Shown here in pieces: positions 27,976-40,510 of a stretch of DNA of 64,000 nucleotides (the first letter of the stretch is position 1; each line of letters begins with the position of its first letter). This DNA is from Octopus vulgaris (Eukaryota): the NCBI GenBank assembly GCA_951406725.2, contig OX597834.1, positions 21,204,001 through 21,268,000 of the forward strand, given 5' to 3'. Both the position numbers and the translations under genes were made by a program. The notes under the pieces are model-generated. The model had not been told where the DNA came from. It did no database searches and saw nothing but the letters and a program-made list of their open reading frames with translations.

Positions 27976-28309
27976 GAGCAAAACAGGTGGGTGTGTTCAA
28001 TTAATAGATGCAGGTGTGGCTCTCAGGTATGAAGTTTGCTTCCCAGCCACAGGATTCCAGATTAAGTTCCATTGCATGGCATCCAGGAAAAGTGCCTTCA
28101 GCTATAGCTCTGGGTTGACCAAAGCCTTGTGAGTAAATTTACTAGACAGAAACTAAAAGAGGCCCATTGCATATATACATGTGTGTGTGTGTGTGTATAT
28201 ATATATTGGTAAAAACCGTAAGATAACAAAAGAAAGAAAGAGACCTCAATATTATGAAAATAGAGGAAATTTATCTGTAAAATAATATGTGACAATTATT
28301 CAGTAGCCA

Positions 28310-28372
28310 AGATAAAACTCTGAGTTTCGGATGCTGAAGTGGAAATCCACAACACTATCTCTTCGGTTATCT
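28310..28372 (-). ncRNA. Type-I hammerhead-like motif with CCGAAGA core, minus-strand arm
   Basis: Mirror of 28430-28492. Confidence 0.65.
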
Positions 28373-28429
28373 GGCCATCTGAAAACGCATGGATCATCTG
28401 AAAAATGCAATAGCATTTTTCAGATGGCC

Positions 28430-28492
28430 AGATAACCGAAGAGATGGTGTTGTGGATTTCCACTTCAGCATCCGAAACTCAGAGTTTTATCT
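28430..28492 (+). ncRNA. Type-I hammerhead-like motif with CCGAAGA core
   Basis: AGATAA-CCGAAGA-GATG..GTGGA tt TCCAC..CATC-c-GAAA-CTC a GAG-TT-TTATCT; 6-bp stem I, extended stem II. Confidence 0.7.
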
Positions 28493-28527
28493 TGACTATT
28501 GAGTAATTGTCACATATTATTTTACAG

Positions 28528-28560
<33 letters not shown>

Positions 28561-30001
28561 TATACATACACACACACAAAGTACGGGAGTTTAGTTCGGA
28601 GGTGATCGAAACGAATAGGTATACTAAGTAAGTGGTGTCACAGATTACTATGGCTCCAAGGGTGTAGCCGAGATGATAATTATGGAGCCATTGCAGATTA
28701 CATATATATATATATATATATGTGTGTGTGCATTACCTCATGTCTGCATTTGTCCTCCACAACTACTTGGTGCATTTATTTAGTGGTTCAGCAGAAGAGT
28801 CTAACAGAATAAGAACCATACTTTAAAAAAATCAGTAAGTACAGGGGTTGATTCTTGAAGGTGGTGCCCCAGCTTGGCCACAGTCTAATGACGGACACCA
28901 ATAGAAGATGATGGATAACTGTCTCAGTTTCTTTGTTTATCTCCTATATATCTACTGTAATTTTTAAACTATTCCAATCAGTAAAAGAGAAGCTGAGTTC
29001 TCTTCCAGTTTCTGCCTGTCAAATCGACTCACAAGGTTTTGTTCAAGTAGAGGTTTTAGTAGAGGACACTTTACCTAGATGCAGTGTGGAAGGACCGATC
29101 CCCAAACCATATGGTTGTGAAGCAAACTTCTTAACAATGCAGCCATGCCTCTGCCTAAAGGAAAAACAGTTATGAGGAAACATCTGAGAGCTTTTCAGAA
29201 GTGGTTCAGCAAAAAAGTTTAATCGAAACTCTTTATTTCTCCAAGACTGTAAAAGATATATTTTATTAATGCTCTCTGCAGCAGAAAAAAAAAAAAGAAA
29301 AAAACGCAAAACAATAATAATAAATAAATAGAATAAAAAATAATAATGATAAATAAGATAAAAAGAATAATTTTATTAGTTAATGCCCACGAGTTAAAAA
29401 GGTAAAAAGTCTAAAACAAAAAGGGAAGAAAAAACATTTTTTTGTTTTAGCTGAAAGGAAATATAGAATAAATTAAATTAATGTCAGTAGTTAATATTTC
29501 ATATGTATATATTATACTTTAATACTTGCAATAAAATTTATATTAATAATGATAATAATAAAAGCAAAGCTAAAAAAATTCTTTCAGTTGCTAATTTACT
29601 AAACTGGTGGTTAATTTTTTAGACATTTTAGCTATAAAAACTACAGGAAAAATACTTAAAATTTCAAAGCAATATTACTCCTTTTATAGATTTCTTAACC
29701 ATCGTATGAAAATAATGAAAAAAAGTAATTTTAGAAGTAAAAATAACAATAATGATAATAATAATAGGCAAAGTTGACCTTTGCAGGATTTGAACTTGCA
29801 ACATAAAGAACCAGAACAACTGGCACATGAATTTCAAAGTGCAATAATCTAGCATGGCTGTATATTTAAAAATTTCACTTTCTATCCATGAGGGCTTAGT
29901 TCCATCTCAGTGTAAGGCACCTTGAGCAGGTGTCTTTTATTATAACCCTGGCTCAATCAGAGTCTTGTAAGTGGATTTGGTCAGTGGAATGTGAAAAGAT
30001 C

Positions 30002-30048
<47 letters not shown>

Positions 30049-30167
30049 GTGTATATGTATGTATATATATGTGTGTGTGTGAGTGTGTGCATGTATATAT
30101 ATGTATATATATATGTGTGTGTATAGACATATGTATATATATTTCTATGTGTGTATATATATGAGTT

Positions 30168-30199
<32 letters not shown>

Positions 30200-30611
30200 C
30201 TTACGTATACATGTGTAAGCATATGTTTATTCCTGCATCAAAGGATGATTGTAAATGAGTGTCATCATCATACAAGCGGTGTTCTTCATTTCCAATCTGC
30301 CATGAAAGCATGTCTGGTCTGGGGAGCGGGGTGGGGGGATATTACCTTGGTTAGAAACAGGTGAGAGCTGGCAACAGGGGTGGGGTGTCTCGTCATAGAA
30401 AACCTACCTCAGGGAATTTCACCTGGCTCATGCAAGCATGGAAAATTCATCACAGTGATGACAATGCCATTGATAATGATGATGATGTTAATGATGCTGA
30501 TGATTTTGATGTTGATGATAACAATGTTGATATAATTTCTGATAGTTTCACATGTTTTCCTCTTTCATAATTATTTATTCGATGTTTGAAAGTTAACTGT
30601 TTATTAATCAA

Positions 30612-30701
30612 TGCTATTTTTTCATTTCAGGTAAGTGATTCTTTCAATTGACTCCTGTTCCTAATGATCAACATCATATTTCACACCTTCCTCAGGTATG
30701 T
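30612..30701 (+). promoter_or_regulatory. Candidate recursive splice site(s): acceptor directly abutting donor, twice, 65 nt apart
   Basis: ttttttcatttcAG|GTAAGT at 30630/30631 and tttcacaccttcctcAG|GTATGT at 30695/30696; CTAAT at 30661; lies outside any recognised repeat. Confidence 0.55.
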
Positions 30702-30924
30702 AAAAATATCTCCATCAATCAATAATGTTCACAGATTTTAACACGTCAACTGCCACCGTTGTGTCCCTGGACTTTACCAGTGATACCATGTATTTCACAG
30801 TCACACTGCATACCATTTAATTACAAGGAAATGTGACTTTTTTTTTTTTGTTGCATTTTTGCAATATTTTATAATTAAACTTTAATATTTCAATATTCTC
30901 AAAACCGTGTGAAAGATACACCAT

Positions 30925-31730
30925 TATCATCATTGTTTACCGTCCGCTTTCCATGCTGGCATGGGTTGGACGATTTGACTGAAAACTGGTAATCCAGGGA
31001 GCAGCACCAAGTCATCATCATCGTTGTTTAACGTCCGCTTTCCATGCTGGCATGGGTTGGACGATTTGACTGGAAACTGGTAAGCCAGGGAGCTGCACCA
31101 AGTCATCATCATCATCGTTGTTTAACGTCCGCTTTCCATGCTGGCATGGGTTGGACGATTTGACTGGAAACTGGTAAGCCAGGGAGCTGCACCAAGTCAT
31201 CATTATCATTGTTTAATGTCCGCTTTCCATGCTGGCATGGGTTGGACGATTTGACTGGAAACTGGTAAGCCAGGGAGCTGCACCAAGTCATCATTATCAT
31301 TGTTTAATGTCCGCTTTCCATGCTGGCATGGGTTGGACGATTTGACTGGAAACTGGTAAGCCAGGGAGCTGCACCAAGTCATCATTATCATTGTTTAATG
31401 TCCGCTTTCCATGCTGGCATGGGTTGGACGATTTGACTGGAAACTGGTAAGCCAGGGAGCTGCACCAAGTCATCATCATCATTGTTTAATGTCCGCTTTC
31501 CATGCTGGCATGGGTTGGACGATTTGACTGGAAACTGGTAAGCCAGGGAGCTGCACCAGGTTCCAGTCTGATTTGGCAAGGTTTCTACAGCTTCCTAATG
31601 CCAACCACTCCGTGAGTGTAGTGGGTGCATTTTACATCCCACCGGCACAGGTGCCATTGATGTGACACTAGCATCAGCCATGACTATGGTCTCACTTAGC
31701 TTGACAGATCTACACAAGCATGGTATATTC
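30925..31730 (-). mobile_element. SINE family C with its 3' 91-94 bp amplified as 7 tandem units (30925-31558)
   Basis: Unit tcatca..tgtttaaYgtccgctttccatgctggcatgggttggacgatttgactggaaactggtaagccagggagctgcaccaag. Confidence 0.93.
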
Positions 31731-31789
31731 CCAAAGAAATGCAGTGCCTATCACTTGTGTTTGCATGATTGTGCTGCATGGCTGCATAC

Positions 31790-31985
31790 CAAAGGCAACA
31801 AGCTGACAGAATGAATCGTTAGCACCCCAGGTGAAACACATAGCAGTATTTTGTCTGTCTTTATTTTCTGAGATCAAAATCCGCCAAGGTCAACTTTGCC
31901 TTTCATCTTTTTGAACTCAGAACGTAACAGCAGACGAAATACTGCTAAGCATTTCGTGCTAACGATTCTGCCAGCTTGCCGCCTT
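31790..31985. mobile_element. Inverted fusion of two SINE B 5' halves
   Basis: + copy to about 31910 joins a - copy starting ttgaactcagaacgtaac. Confidence 0.75.
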
Positions 31986-32128
31986 ACAGTCCTTGCAGTC
32001 GCGATTCTGTCAGCTTGCCGCCTTTACACAAACAAGTATATTCTCTAAAAGAAATGTTAGAGTTGGTGGCAGCCACTCTACTGTGGGCCACAAGTTTGGT
32101 GCCAATGAATTTACCATTCCATTGTAAA

Positions 32129-32546
32129 GTACAGGAGTGGCTGTGTGGTAAGTATCTTGCATACCAACCACATGGTTCCGGGTTCAGTCCCACTGCGTGG
32201 CACCTTGGGCAAGTGTCTTCTACTATAGCCTCTGGCCGACCAAAGCCTTGTGAGTGGATTTGTTAGACGGAAAATGAAAGAAGCCCGTCGTATATATGTT
32301 TATATATATATATATGTGTGTGCTTGTATGTTTGTGTGTCTGTGTTTATCCCACTAGCATTGCTTGACAACTGATGCTGGTGTGTTTATGTCCCCGTCAC
32401 TTAGCGGTTCGGCAAAAGAGACCGATAGAATAAGTACTGGGCTTACAAAGAATAAGTCCCGGGGTCGAGTTGCTCGACTAAAGGTGGTGCTCCAGCATGG
32501 CCACGGTCAAATGGCTGAAACGAGTAAAAGAGAAAAGAGAAAGAGA
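32129..32546 (+). mobile_element. SINE family A, full length
   Basis: Matches 37352-37760. Confidence 0.92.
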
Positions 32547-33856
32547 GGAGTTAATTCATTTGTCTCTGTTTCATTTATCACTTTTTTTTTTCTTTTTTCT
32601 TTTAACCAATCTTCCATAATAAATAACAATAAAAGTATAAAAAATAAAATCTTCATAGTCAGACTTAGTCTCACGTTAGAGATTGGATATTTTTCTGCTG
32701 AAAGGCAAGATTTGTTTCCTAAATTTCTGTTTAAATCTTGAAACTTTACAGCTTTCTTGTCTCGTATAATTTATCTCTGATCCATGCTCGTTCTTGTTAG
32801 TCGTAGTTCTTGGTTCCTGAAGACATCTTCTAAATTACTGTAGGAATTCTGCTTGTGTTTAACCTTCCATACCGTTTCCATGTGGAAGACATGTGTAAGC
32901 TGCCATCTACCTATCAAGTGAAAAGATTATAATTTCGTTGAGATATTTACAGTCATGTTTATTTCGGAGGTGAGTCATTAGTAGGTCTCAAAGAACGTGG
33001 TGCCGAAGGTGGGGAAGAAGAGAGAGAGAGAGAGAGAGAACATGCTTCAGCCAATAATAATGGGTGTAGGTCATGAAAGTGTGAAGAAAATAAAACATAT
33101 TTCCAAAGGAAAAAAAGCTCGCTTTGTAATGTGTCCATTAACAGAAGTAATAAAGTCGAGATAACAAACTATAAAACATGGCCAGAACCATAAATGGTAT
33201 GGATACAAAAAAAAAAAATAACACCAAATGGCTGGATTATATTGTAGTTACTGGATGGGAAAGAGTGAGGGGAATTGGGGAGAAAAAGGGGGAGATAATC
33301 ATCAGAGAACTTTTAGCTTTTTTCACATCAAAGGTGTTGACATTGGCCATAAAAATATTCTCCCATTTAAACAGTAACAGTTTTAAGTTTATTGGCAACT
33401 TAAGAAAATTACTTTTCATCGACTGGAGCGAGAAACAAGAGAACAAGAAAACTGGAACACATAGGAAAACTATGAGAAAACTATACTGCAATATATCAGA
33501 TTTAGATATTTCGGAGTTAGTTACATTAGAATTACACCTGTGTTACTGTGATGGTGTGCTGTTAAGATGGCATGTCTTCTGCTGTTGCATTAATCTTTTA
33601 TCGAGACATGTCATTCGTTCAGCCTGAACATTCTTAAGATAGGATGACGGAACAGCTGTAGGTGATTGTTCTAGATAGATTCCTCTTCTTTGCTAACCAG
33701 TTGGTGGAGGTGTAAGACAGGGTTCTCCTCTAAGGTTTCCAGATCTGGTTTCTAGTTTTGGTTTATGCTACTTTTCAATACTGCACACTACCATGTGTTC
33801 TTTCTTTCTTTCTTTCTTTTTTTTTTTATGATGGTGATTATTATTATTATTATTAT

Positions 33857-33995
33857 TCTATGTTTGACTTTTGCTTTATATTTGTACAAGTTGGCTCCAA
33901 GTCTCACCCAGAGACCTCAAGAGACAACAGGTTGGAAGTTCGTGATGTTGTTATGCCTAGTGTGCCATATATTTGGTTTTGTATTTAGTGTTGTA
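33857..33995 (-). mobile_element. Probable 3' end of a (TAA)n-associated non-LTR element
   Basis: Minus strand ends gaggtctctgggtgagacttggag..aaagtcaaacatagaataataat running into TAA repeats; family assignment is from memory only. Confidence 0.45.
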
Positions 33996-34154
33996 CTAGT
34001 GAATGTCAAAAAAAAAAACGAAAAGTATGTTGTTTTAAAACTTGAGATTACATAGGAAGTATTTTGCGTAGGATATGAGCAGTTTCCATGAGCACTATCT
34101 TTTGAATTTCTGCCATTATTATTATTATTATTAATTATTATTATTATTAGAATT

Positions 34155-34580
34155 GTTAATACACTGGACGAAGTGCTTAGTGGCATTTCACCCGTCGCTA
34201 CATCCTGAGTTCAAATTCTGCTGAGGTTGACTTTGCCTTTCATCCTCTCGGAGTCGATAAATTAAGTACCAGTTGCATACTGGGGTCAATCTAATCAACT
34301 GTTCCCCTCCCACAATATTTCAGATCTTGTGCCTACAGTAGAAAGGATTATTATTATTACAGAAAAGGTGGCAAGCTGGCAGAATTGTTAGCAAGCTGGG
34401 CAAAATGCTTAGTGGTACTTTAACCGTAATTACATTCTGAGTTCAAATTCCACTGAGGTCGACTTTCCCTTTTATCGCTTTGGGGGTTGATAATTGAAGT
34501 ACCAGTGGAACCACTAGGGTTGATAAAATGAATTAGTCCCCACCCAACAAATCTGAGGCCTTGTACCTCCAGTAGAAAGG

Positions 34581-34617
<37 letters not shown>

Positions 34618-34800
34618 TGAAAAATTTTGAAGGCAGTGATCTGGCAGAACCATTAGCATTTCAGACAAAATGCTTAGTGGCATTTCATCAATCTTGGCAT
34701 TCCAAGTTCAAATTCCACTGAGGTTGACTTTGTCTTTTATCCTTTAGGGGTCCGTAAAATAAGTACCCTGGGGGTACTTATTTGAACACTGGGGAGGTGA
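34155..34800 (+). mobile_element. Three SINE family B copies in (TTA)n
   Basis: About 34155-34350, 34366-34582 and 34630-34800; the first two end agtagaaaggattatt. Confidence 0.85.
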
Positions 34801-34824
34801 TGACATCAACTATTTACACCTTAA

Positions 34825-35045
34825 CCCTTTCATTACTGTATTCCTTTTGAGATGCTCTGTGTTTCTTTCAATAACTTTAAATATAACAAAGAATTTAGTA
34901 AAATAACTTAGTTATCATTAAGCTAGTGTTAGGAACATAAATTGTGACTAAGGTTTGGTGAAAGATTTGAATTCAATTCTTATAAAAACAAGACATTTGT
35001 ACTACAGAGCCAGAGTCGGTTTCAGCCGGGTCGGTAAAGAAAGGG
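34825..35045. mobile_element. piggyBac-type MITE
   Basis: TTAA-ccctttcattac ... gtaaagaaaggg-TTAA; same family as 23996. Confidence 0.88.
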
Positions 35046-36379
35046 TTAACCTGCTGATCTCGTTCCAAAATTTGAAACAATTATGAAAAGTTTTTCTCTG
35101 GTAGTTTCCTGTAAGTTTCAACTGCCCCACCCAGTGCACCTCTGGGCCCTTGGTGTGTGTGTTTGTGACCCTGTGCTCATATTTTTGTGAAGATTAAAAG
35201 AGCAAAAAGCTCCTAGTTGGAGGATGATCTAATCAATTGGTCCCTTCCCCCAAAACTTTCAGGTCTTGTGCCTATAGTAGAAAGTATTATCATTATTATT
35301 ATTATCATTATTATTATTACTATACTTTAGTACAAGCAGTCTTAGGTGACTTTGTATTAAAGGGGGTTAACACTTGAGAGATGTTATCAGTATATTCAAC
35401 AGGAAAGTTAATTAAAACAAAACTAGTGAGATATATATTTAATTACAGAAAAATCATGATGGTAACGAATGGCATATGTTGGTTGGTGTCACAGAGTGTA
35501 ATGTTGTACCGAAGCTCCAACTGCTTTGGTACAAATATAAACATACAAACTTTAGGCGATTTCTGTACAACATCGAGTTTGACTTATTCACTTCTTTGGA
35601 GAGTGAATTATTAGATTTGCAACACAAATTACTTGCACATGTTGACAGAGTAGGCAGAAACTGAAGAAGGTTCATTATGTATGTGTGTATGTGTCATCAT
35701 CTTAGCATCATGTGAGTGTTGTAAATGAATGGCACCTCCATACAAGCGGTGCTGTTCGTTTTCAGTCTTCCATGTAAACATGCGAAGTCTTGGGGAAATG
35801 TTTACCTTGCTTGCAAACAGATGATGGTCAGCAACAGAAAAGCCACTTGACCACAGAAAAAGCTACCTCAATAAGTTTTATTTGACCTAGGCAAGCATGG
35901 AAAAGTGGACGTTGAAATGGTGAGGAATATTTTCTGTTATTGCAAGAACCGAATCATTATAAAGGAAATTTACCATTTTTTTTTTCTTTGCCTTCTGAGA
36001 ATACACATATCTTTTTGTCATTAACATGAGAATAACAGACAGCTGTGCTTGTCATTGTCAGATATATTGTGCCATCAGCGTCAATTACCATATTTCTATA
36101 GATTAGTCTTTACCAGTGAAGGCGCATGGCTCAGTGGTTAGAGCGTCGAACTTATGACCATTGGTGTGATGTGTGACTGCTGTTGTACTGTAGTTGCCTG
36201 TTTTACACTAGTAGCCACAATAGCAACTAGTTATCAGACACCATTGTATCTCTTCCACAAGACACTAACTAGAACTCTCAACTCTCAACCCTCCCTTGAC
36301 AACCTGCTACTGGTTTATTCATAATGGCTGATTCCTACCACTTTTTGCTGGGTGGTGTATACAGTTTTACTATACAATG

Positions 36380-36920
36380 CCCTTTCATTACAATATTTCT
36401 GTTGAAATATACTATCTATGTTTTAATTAATTTTGAAAATAATGAAGAATTTAATAAAATGATTTTGCCATTTTTTAAGTTGGTTTTTGGAACATTGAAT
36501 TAATGTGAAATTTTGATGGCAAGTTTAAAATCAGATCACTCTAAAAGAGGAAGTGTTACCATAAAACAAGGAGTGGTTTCAGGTAGGTTGGCATCAAAAG
36601 AAACTTTTAAGTTGGTAGGCAGGGAAACCAGAAGGGCTGGTTCAAATGTTTGCCATTCTATTAAAGACAAAGAAGGATCCATTTAATTTCTATTTAACCT
36701 TTCATTACCGTAATTCTGTTAAGATACATTAACTTATTTTCAATTAATTATGAGAAGAATGAAGAATTAAGTAAAATAACATTGTTATTATTAAACTGTC
36801 GTTTGCAACCTAAATCAACATGAAATTTTGACAGAAGGTTTTAATTTAGATTGCTTTAAAGCAGGAAGTTTGTTTTACAGAACCAGGGGTCGTCACATGC
36901 AAGTTGATATCAAAGGTGTT
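36380..36920. mobile_element. Composite MITE-spacer-MITE, homologous to 16660-17430
   Basis: Same order of parts and same spacer. Confidence 0.6.
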
Positions 36921-37053
36921 TCCATTACATTCTGTAATATGATTATTCTGATATGGGATAAAAATCATACAACCAGATATTATGACATACAAAGCAAAAG
37001 TCCTGCATGATATCAGTAGCTCATCTTAAGCTTTTATAAAAGATATTACACTA

Positions 37054-37250
37054 CATGAAGGGGTACTGAAAAGTTTCTGGCTTTAAGGGTATCACAAAAG
37101 GCCTGCTGGAGGCCCAACCTTCTGAGTTCTTTTAAAGGGCTTAGAAAAACTGAAGGACTGCAATAAGTTGTGTTGAATAAAATCATAATTAACTGATCCT
37201 CCTCTATTTTCTTTTACCCAAAGCCAGAAAATTTTCAGAACCCCCTCGTG
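37054..37250 (+). mobile_element. mariner-derived MITE retaining the transposase 3' end
   Basis: About 30-bp TIRs (gggtactgaaaagtttctggcttt / aaagccagaaaattttcagaaccc); interior resembles the mariner C-terminus (FF.KGLEKL..C.K...VE*). Confidence 0.75.
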
Positions 37251-37351
37251 CATTCTAATATGGCATGGCTGGATTCCTCCTTACGTTTAATGCCTTTTAG
37301 CATTTAGAAATGTTTATGCTATATCATATAAATATTATAACATACATATAT

Positions 37352-37514
37352 GGCGCAGGAGTGGCTGTGTGGTAAGTAGCTTGCTTAACAACCACATGGT
37401 TCCGGGTTCAGTCCCACTGCGTGGCATCTTGGGCAAGTGTCTTCTACTATAGCCTCGGGCCGACCAAAGCCTTGTGAGTGGATTTGGTAGATGGAAACTG
37501 AAAGAAGCCTGTCG

Positions 37515-37545
<31 letters not shown>

Positions 37546-37760
37546 ACATGTTTGTGTGTCTGTGTTTGTCCCCCAAGCATTGCTTGACAACCGATGCTGG
37601 TGTGTTTACGTCGCCATCACTTAGCGGTTCGGCAAAAGAGACCGATAGAATAAGTACTGGGCTTACAAAGAATAAGTCCCGGGGTCAATTTGCTTGACTA
37701 AAGGCGGTACTCCAGCATGGCCGCAGTCAAAGGACTGAAACAAGTAAAAGAGTAAAGAGT
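37352..37760 (+). mobile_element. SINE family A, best-preserved copy
   Basis: A-box-like tggctgtgtggt, B-box-like ggttcagtccc, internal (TA)n(TG)n, gtaaaaga tail. Confidence 0.93.
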
Positions 37761-37804
37761 ATATGTATTTGGTGTTAATTTATAACATCATATAATATCA
37801 CATG

Positions 37805-38132
37805 GGAAAGCACATGGCTTAGTGGTTAGGGCATTCAATTCACAATTGTAAGGTCATGAGTTCAATTCCTGGCGACGCATTGTGTCCTTGAGCAAGACAC
37901 TTTATTCCACGTTGCTCCAGTCCACTCAGCTGGAAAAAATGAGTTGTACCTATATTTCAAAGGGCCAGCCTTGTCACACCCTGTGTCACACTGAATCTCC
38001 CTGAGAACTACGTTAGGTGTACACATGTCTGTGGAGTGCTCAGCCACTTGTATGTTAATTTCACAAGCAAGCTGTTCTGTTGATCATATCAGCTGGGACA
38101 CTCGTCATTGTCGTAACCGACAAAGAGCTTGT
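37805..38132 (+). mobile_element. tRNA-derived SINE (head 2 + tail Y)
   Basis: A box tggcttagtgg, B box gttcaattcc; 3' part matches 45610-45796; 14-bp TSD tataatatcacatg. Confidence 0.88.
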
Positions 38133-38469
38133 TATAATATCACATGATATAGTTACTAGTTCCATTAAGTATCGTAAAATGTATTCCAATATGGCTTGAT
38201 ATTGGAAAGGAATTTATCTTCTCTGTTGTATATCCTTGGTATGTCTGGTATATCTAATGTGGATATGACACGATATATCAATCAACAGTAGGCAATACTG
38301 TAATTATATGCATTCCTGTTTGTGTGCATGTTTATGCACATGTGTGTATATGCACACATATGTACTTGTGAATAGATGTGTGTATATATATATATATGTG
38401 TGTGTGTGTGAGTATATGTTTGTGTATATGTGTGTATATATCATATATATATGTATGTATATATATATA

Positions 38470-38870
<401 letters not shown>

Positions 38871-39544
38871 TATATTTACATGTGTGCGTGTGTATATATA
38901 TATCTTTATATCCATGTATTTATACATCTACAAGTATACATATGTATGTTTTTGTGAGCATATATGTGCATGTGTTAATGTGATATATATATATATATAT
39001 ACACACACACATACATACATACATATAAACATATATCTATGTATACGTACGCATGCATTCATGCACACACACACATATGTAAGTACAGATGTTCTTACAT
39101 TACTACACAAGAAACAATCCTGACAGGATATCTTACTAAAATGACAGTCAGCTAGTATTAATGAGATATCTTGGAAAACATTGAGAAATTCATTGTCTCC
39201 AAGGAACATTTTCCATTATTTCCAACCCCCCACTCGAACCCCCTCTTCATCGCTCATCTCATTTTTTTCCTTCCTCCTCCTCCTCTTCCTTCCTCTCCTC
39301 CAGTCTCTTTTAGCACCCCCTCTATTACCCACCAACCCACCGCTTTACCATTCCTCTGTTGCTGTCCTGCGATTCTTTCATCTGATCATTTACCATTTCT
39401 GTCTTCCTTTTATCAATATTTTCCTTTTCCTGTAAAAGTAAATGGAAGCCAATTGAAGGATCAATACTTTTACAGTTTTTCTTTGTCCAGCACACACACA
39501 CACACACACACATCTAATATACACCAATATATACATATATATAC

Positions 39545-39960
39545 GGGGTGGCGTCATTTGAAGGCTGAAACAATGCAAAGCGCATTGTGACCAGCGATGT
39601 GTAGCAACATCTGATAGCCTGGTCGGTCACATGATCATGTGATATATATTTATGTATGTATGTGATCAATGCCAGGCCCGCCTGACTGGCTCCTGTACCA
39701 GAGGCACATAAAAAGCACCCACTACACTCTCAGAGTGGTTGGCATTAGGCAGGGCATCAAGCTGTAGAAACATTGCCTGATTAAATTGTCTAACCCATGC
39801 CGGCATGGAAAACAGACGTTAAACGATGATGATGATGGTGGTGATGATGATGAAGTACCATCATCATCATCATCATCAGTTAACATCCGTTTTCCATGCT
39901 GGTATGGGTTGGAAGGTTTGACAGGTGCTGACCAGCTGAAGGGCTGTTCAGATTCCATGT
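39545..39960. mobile_element. SINE fragments: E tail X 39545-39643(+), C 39668-39840(+), C tail 39858-39960(-)
   Basis: Match 20694-20789 and the family C copies. Confidence 0.8.
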
Positions 39961-40030
39961 CAGAAATGTAACCGCATGTGATTGATGGTGATTGTTTTCC
40001 TCCTTTGTTTTGGACTTTACTGTTTTTCCT

Positions 40031-40065
40031 GTTTCCAAAGAAGAGCTATGCTCAGAACATAATAC
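40031..40065 (+). ncRNA. Decayed minimal hammerhead motif, paralog of 40279
   Basis: GTTT-CCAAAGA-a-GAGC tat GCTC-AGAA-CA-TA-ATAC. Confidence 0.5.
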
Positions 40066-40158
40066 TACTACTCTCTTCCTTCTCAGAGCGTCTTATTAAC
40101 ACATTGCTTGCGTCACTTCTACACATTTGTTTGGTTTCACCTTTTCTGTTTTTCTTTT

Positions 40159-40203
<45 letters not shown>

Positions 40204-40278
40204 AAATGTGACCATGTGTGTACTGTTGGCAATTTTTTTTCCTCCGTCTTCCCTTCTTTGGATCTTTCCTTTTCCTAT

Positions 40279-40313
40279 GTTTCTGACGAAGAGCTCTGCT
40301 CGAAATGTTAAAC
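40279..40313 (+). ncRNA. Minimal type-I hammerhead motif with canonical core, in a TA-embedded element (about 40202-40402)
   Basis: GTTT-CTGACGA-a-GAGC tct GCTC-GAAA-TG-TT-AAAC; stem I GTTT/AAAC. Confidence 0.8.
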
Positions 40314-40473
40314 CCTCCTTCTTTCCTGAGTGTCCAATAATACTATGCTTGTTTCTTTGCGTTGTTGTGTTTTCTCTTTGTGTTTTCATGTTTGGATTAA
40401 CTATATATATATACACATATATAAAGAGATAAAGAGAGAGTGAGAAAGAGATACATTTATACAATTATTTATG

Positions 40474-40510
<37 letters not shown>

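Larger units (their letters stand above)
28208..28530. mobile_element. Fold-back element in (TA)n with about 114-bp inverted arms, resembling an inverted Penelope-like pseudo-LTR
   Basis: 28272-28385 is the reverse complement of 28417-28530 with few mismatches; the left copy has an extra tail; each arm holds a hammerhead motif. Confidence 0.85.

Noticed and set aside
30925-31558. CRISPR-like regular array
   Set aside because: Whole units are near-identical with no unique spacers, derive from a SINE tail, and the DNA is eukaryotic
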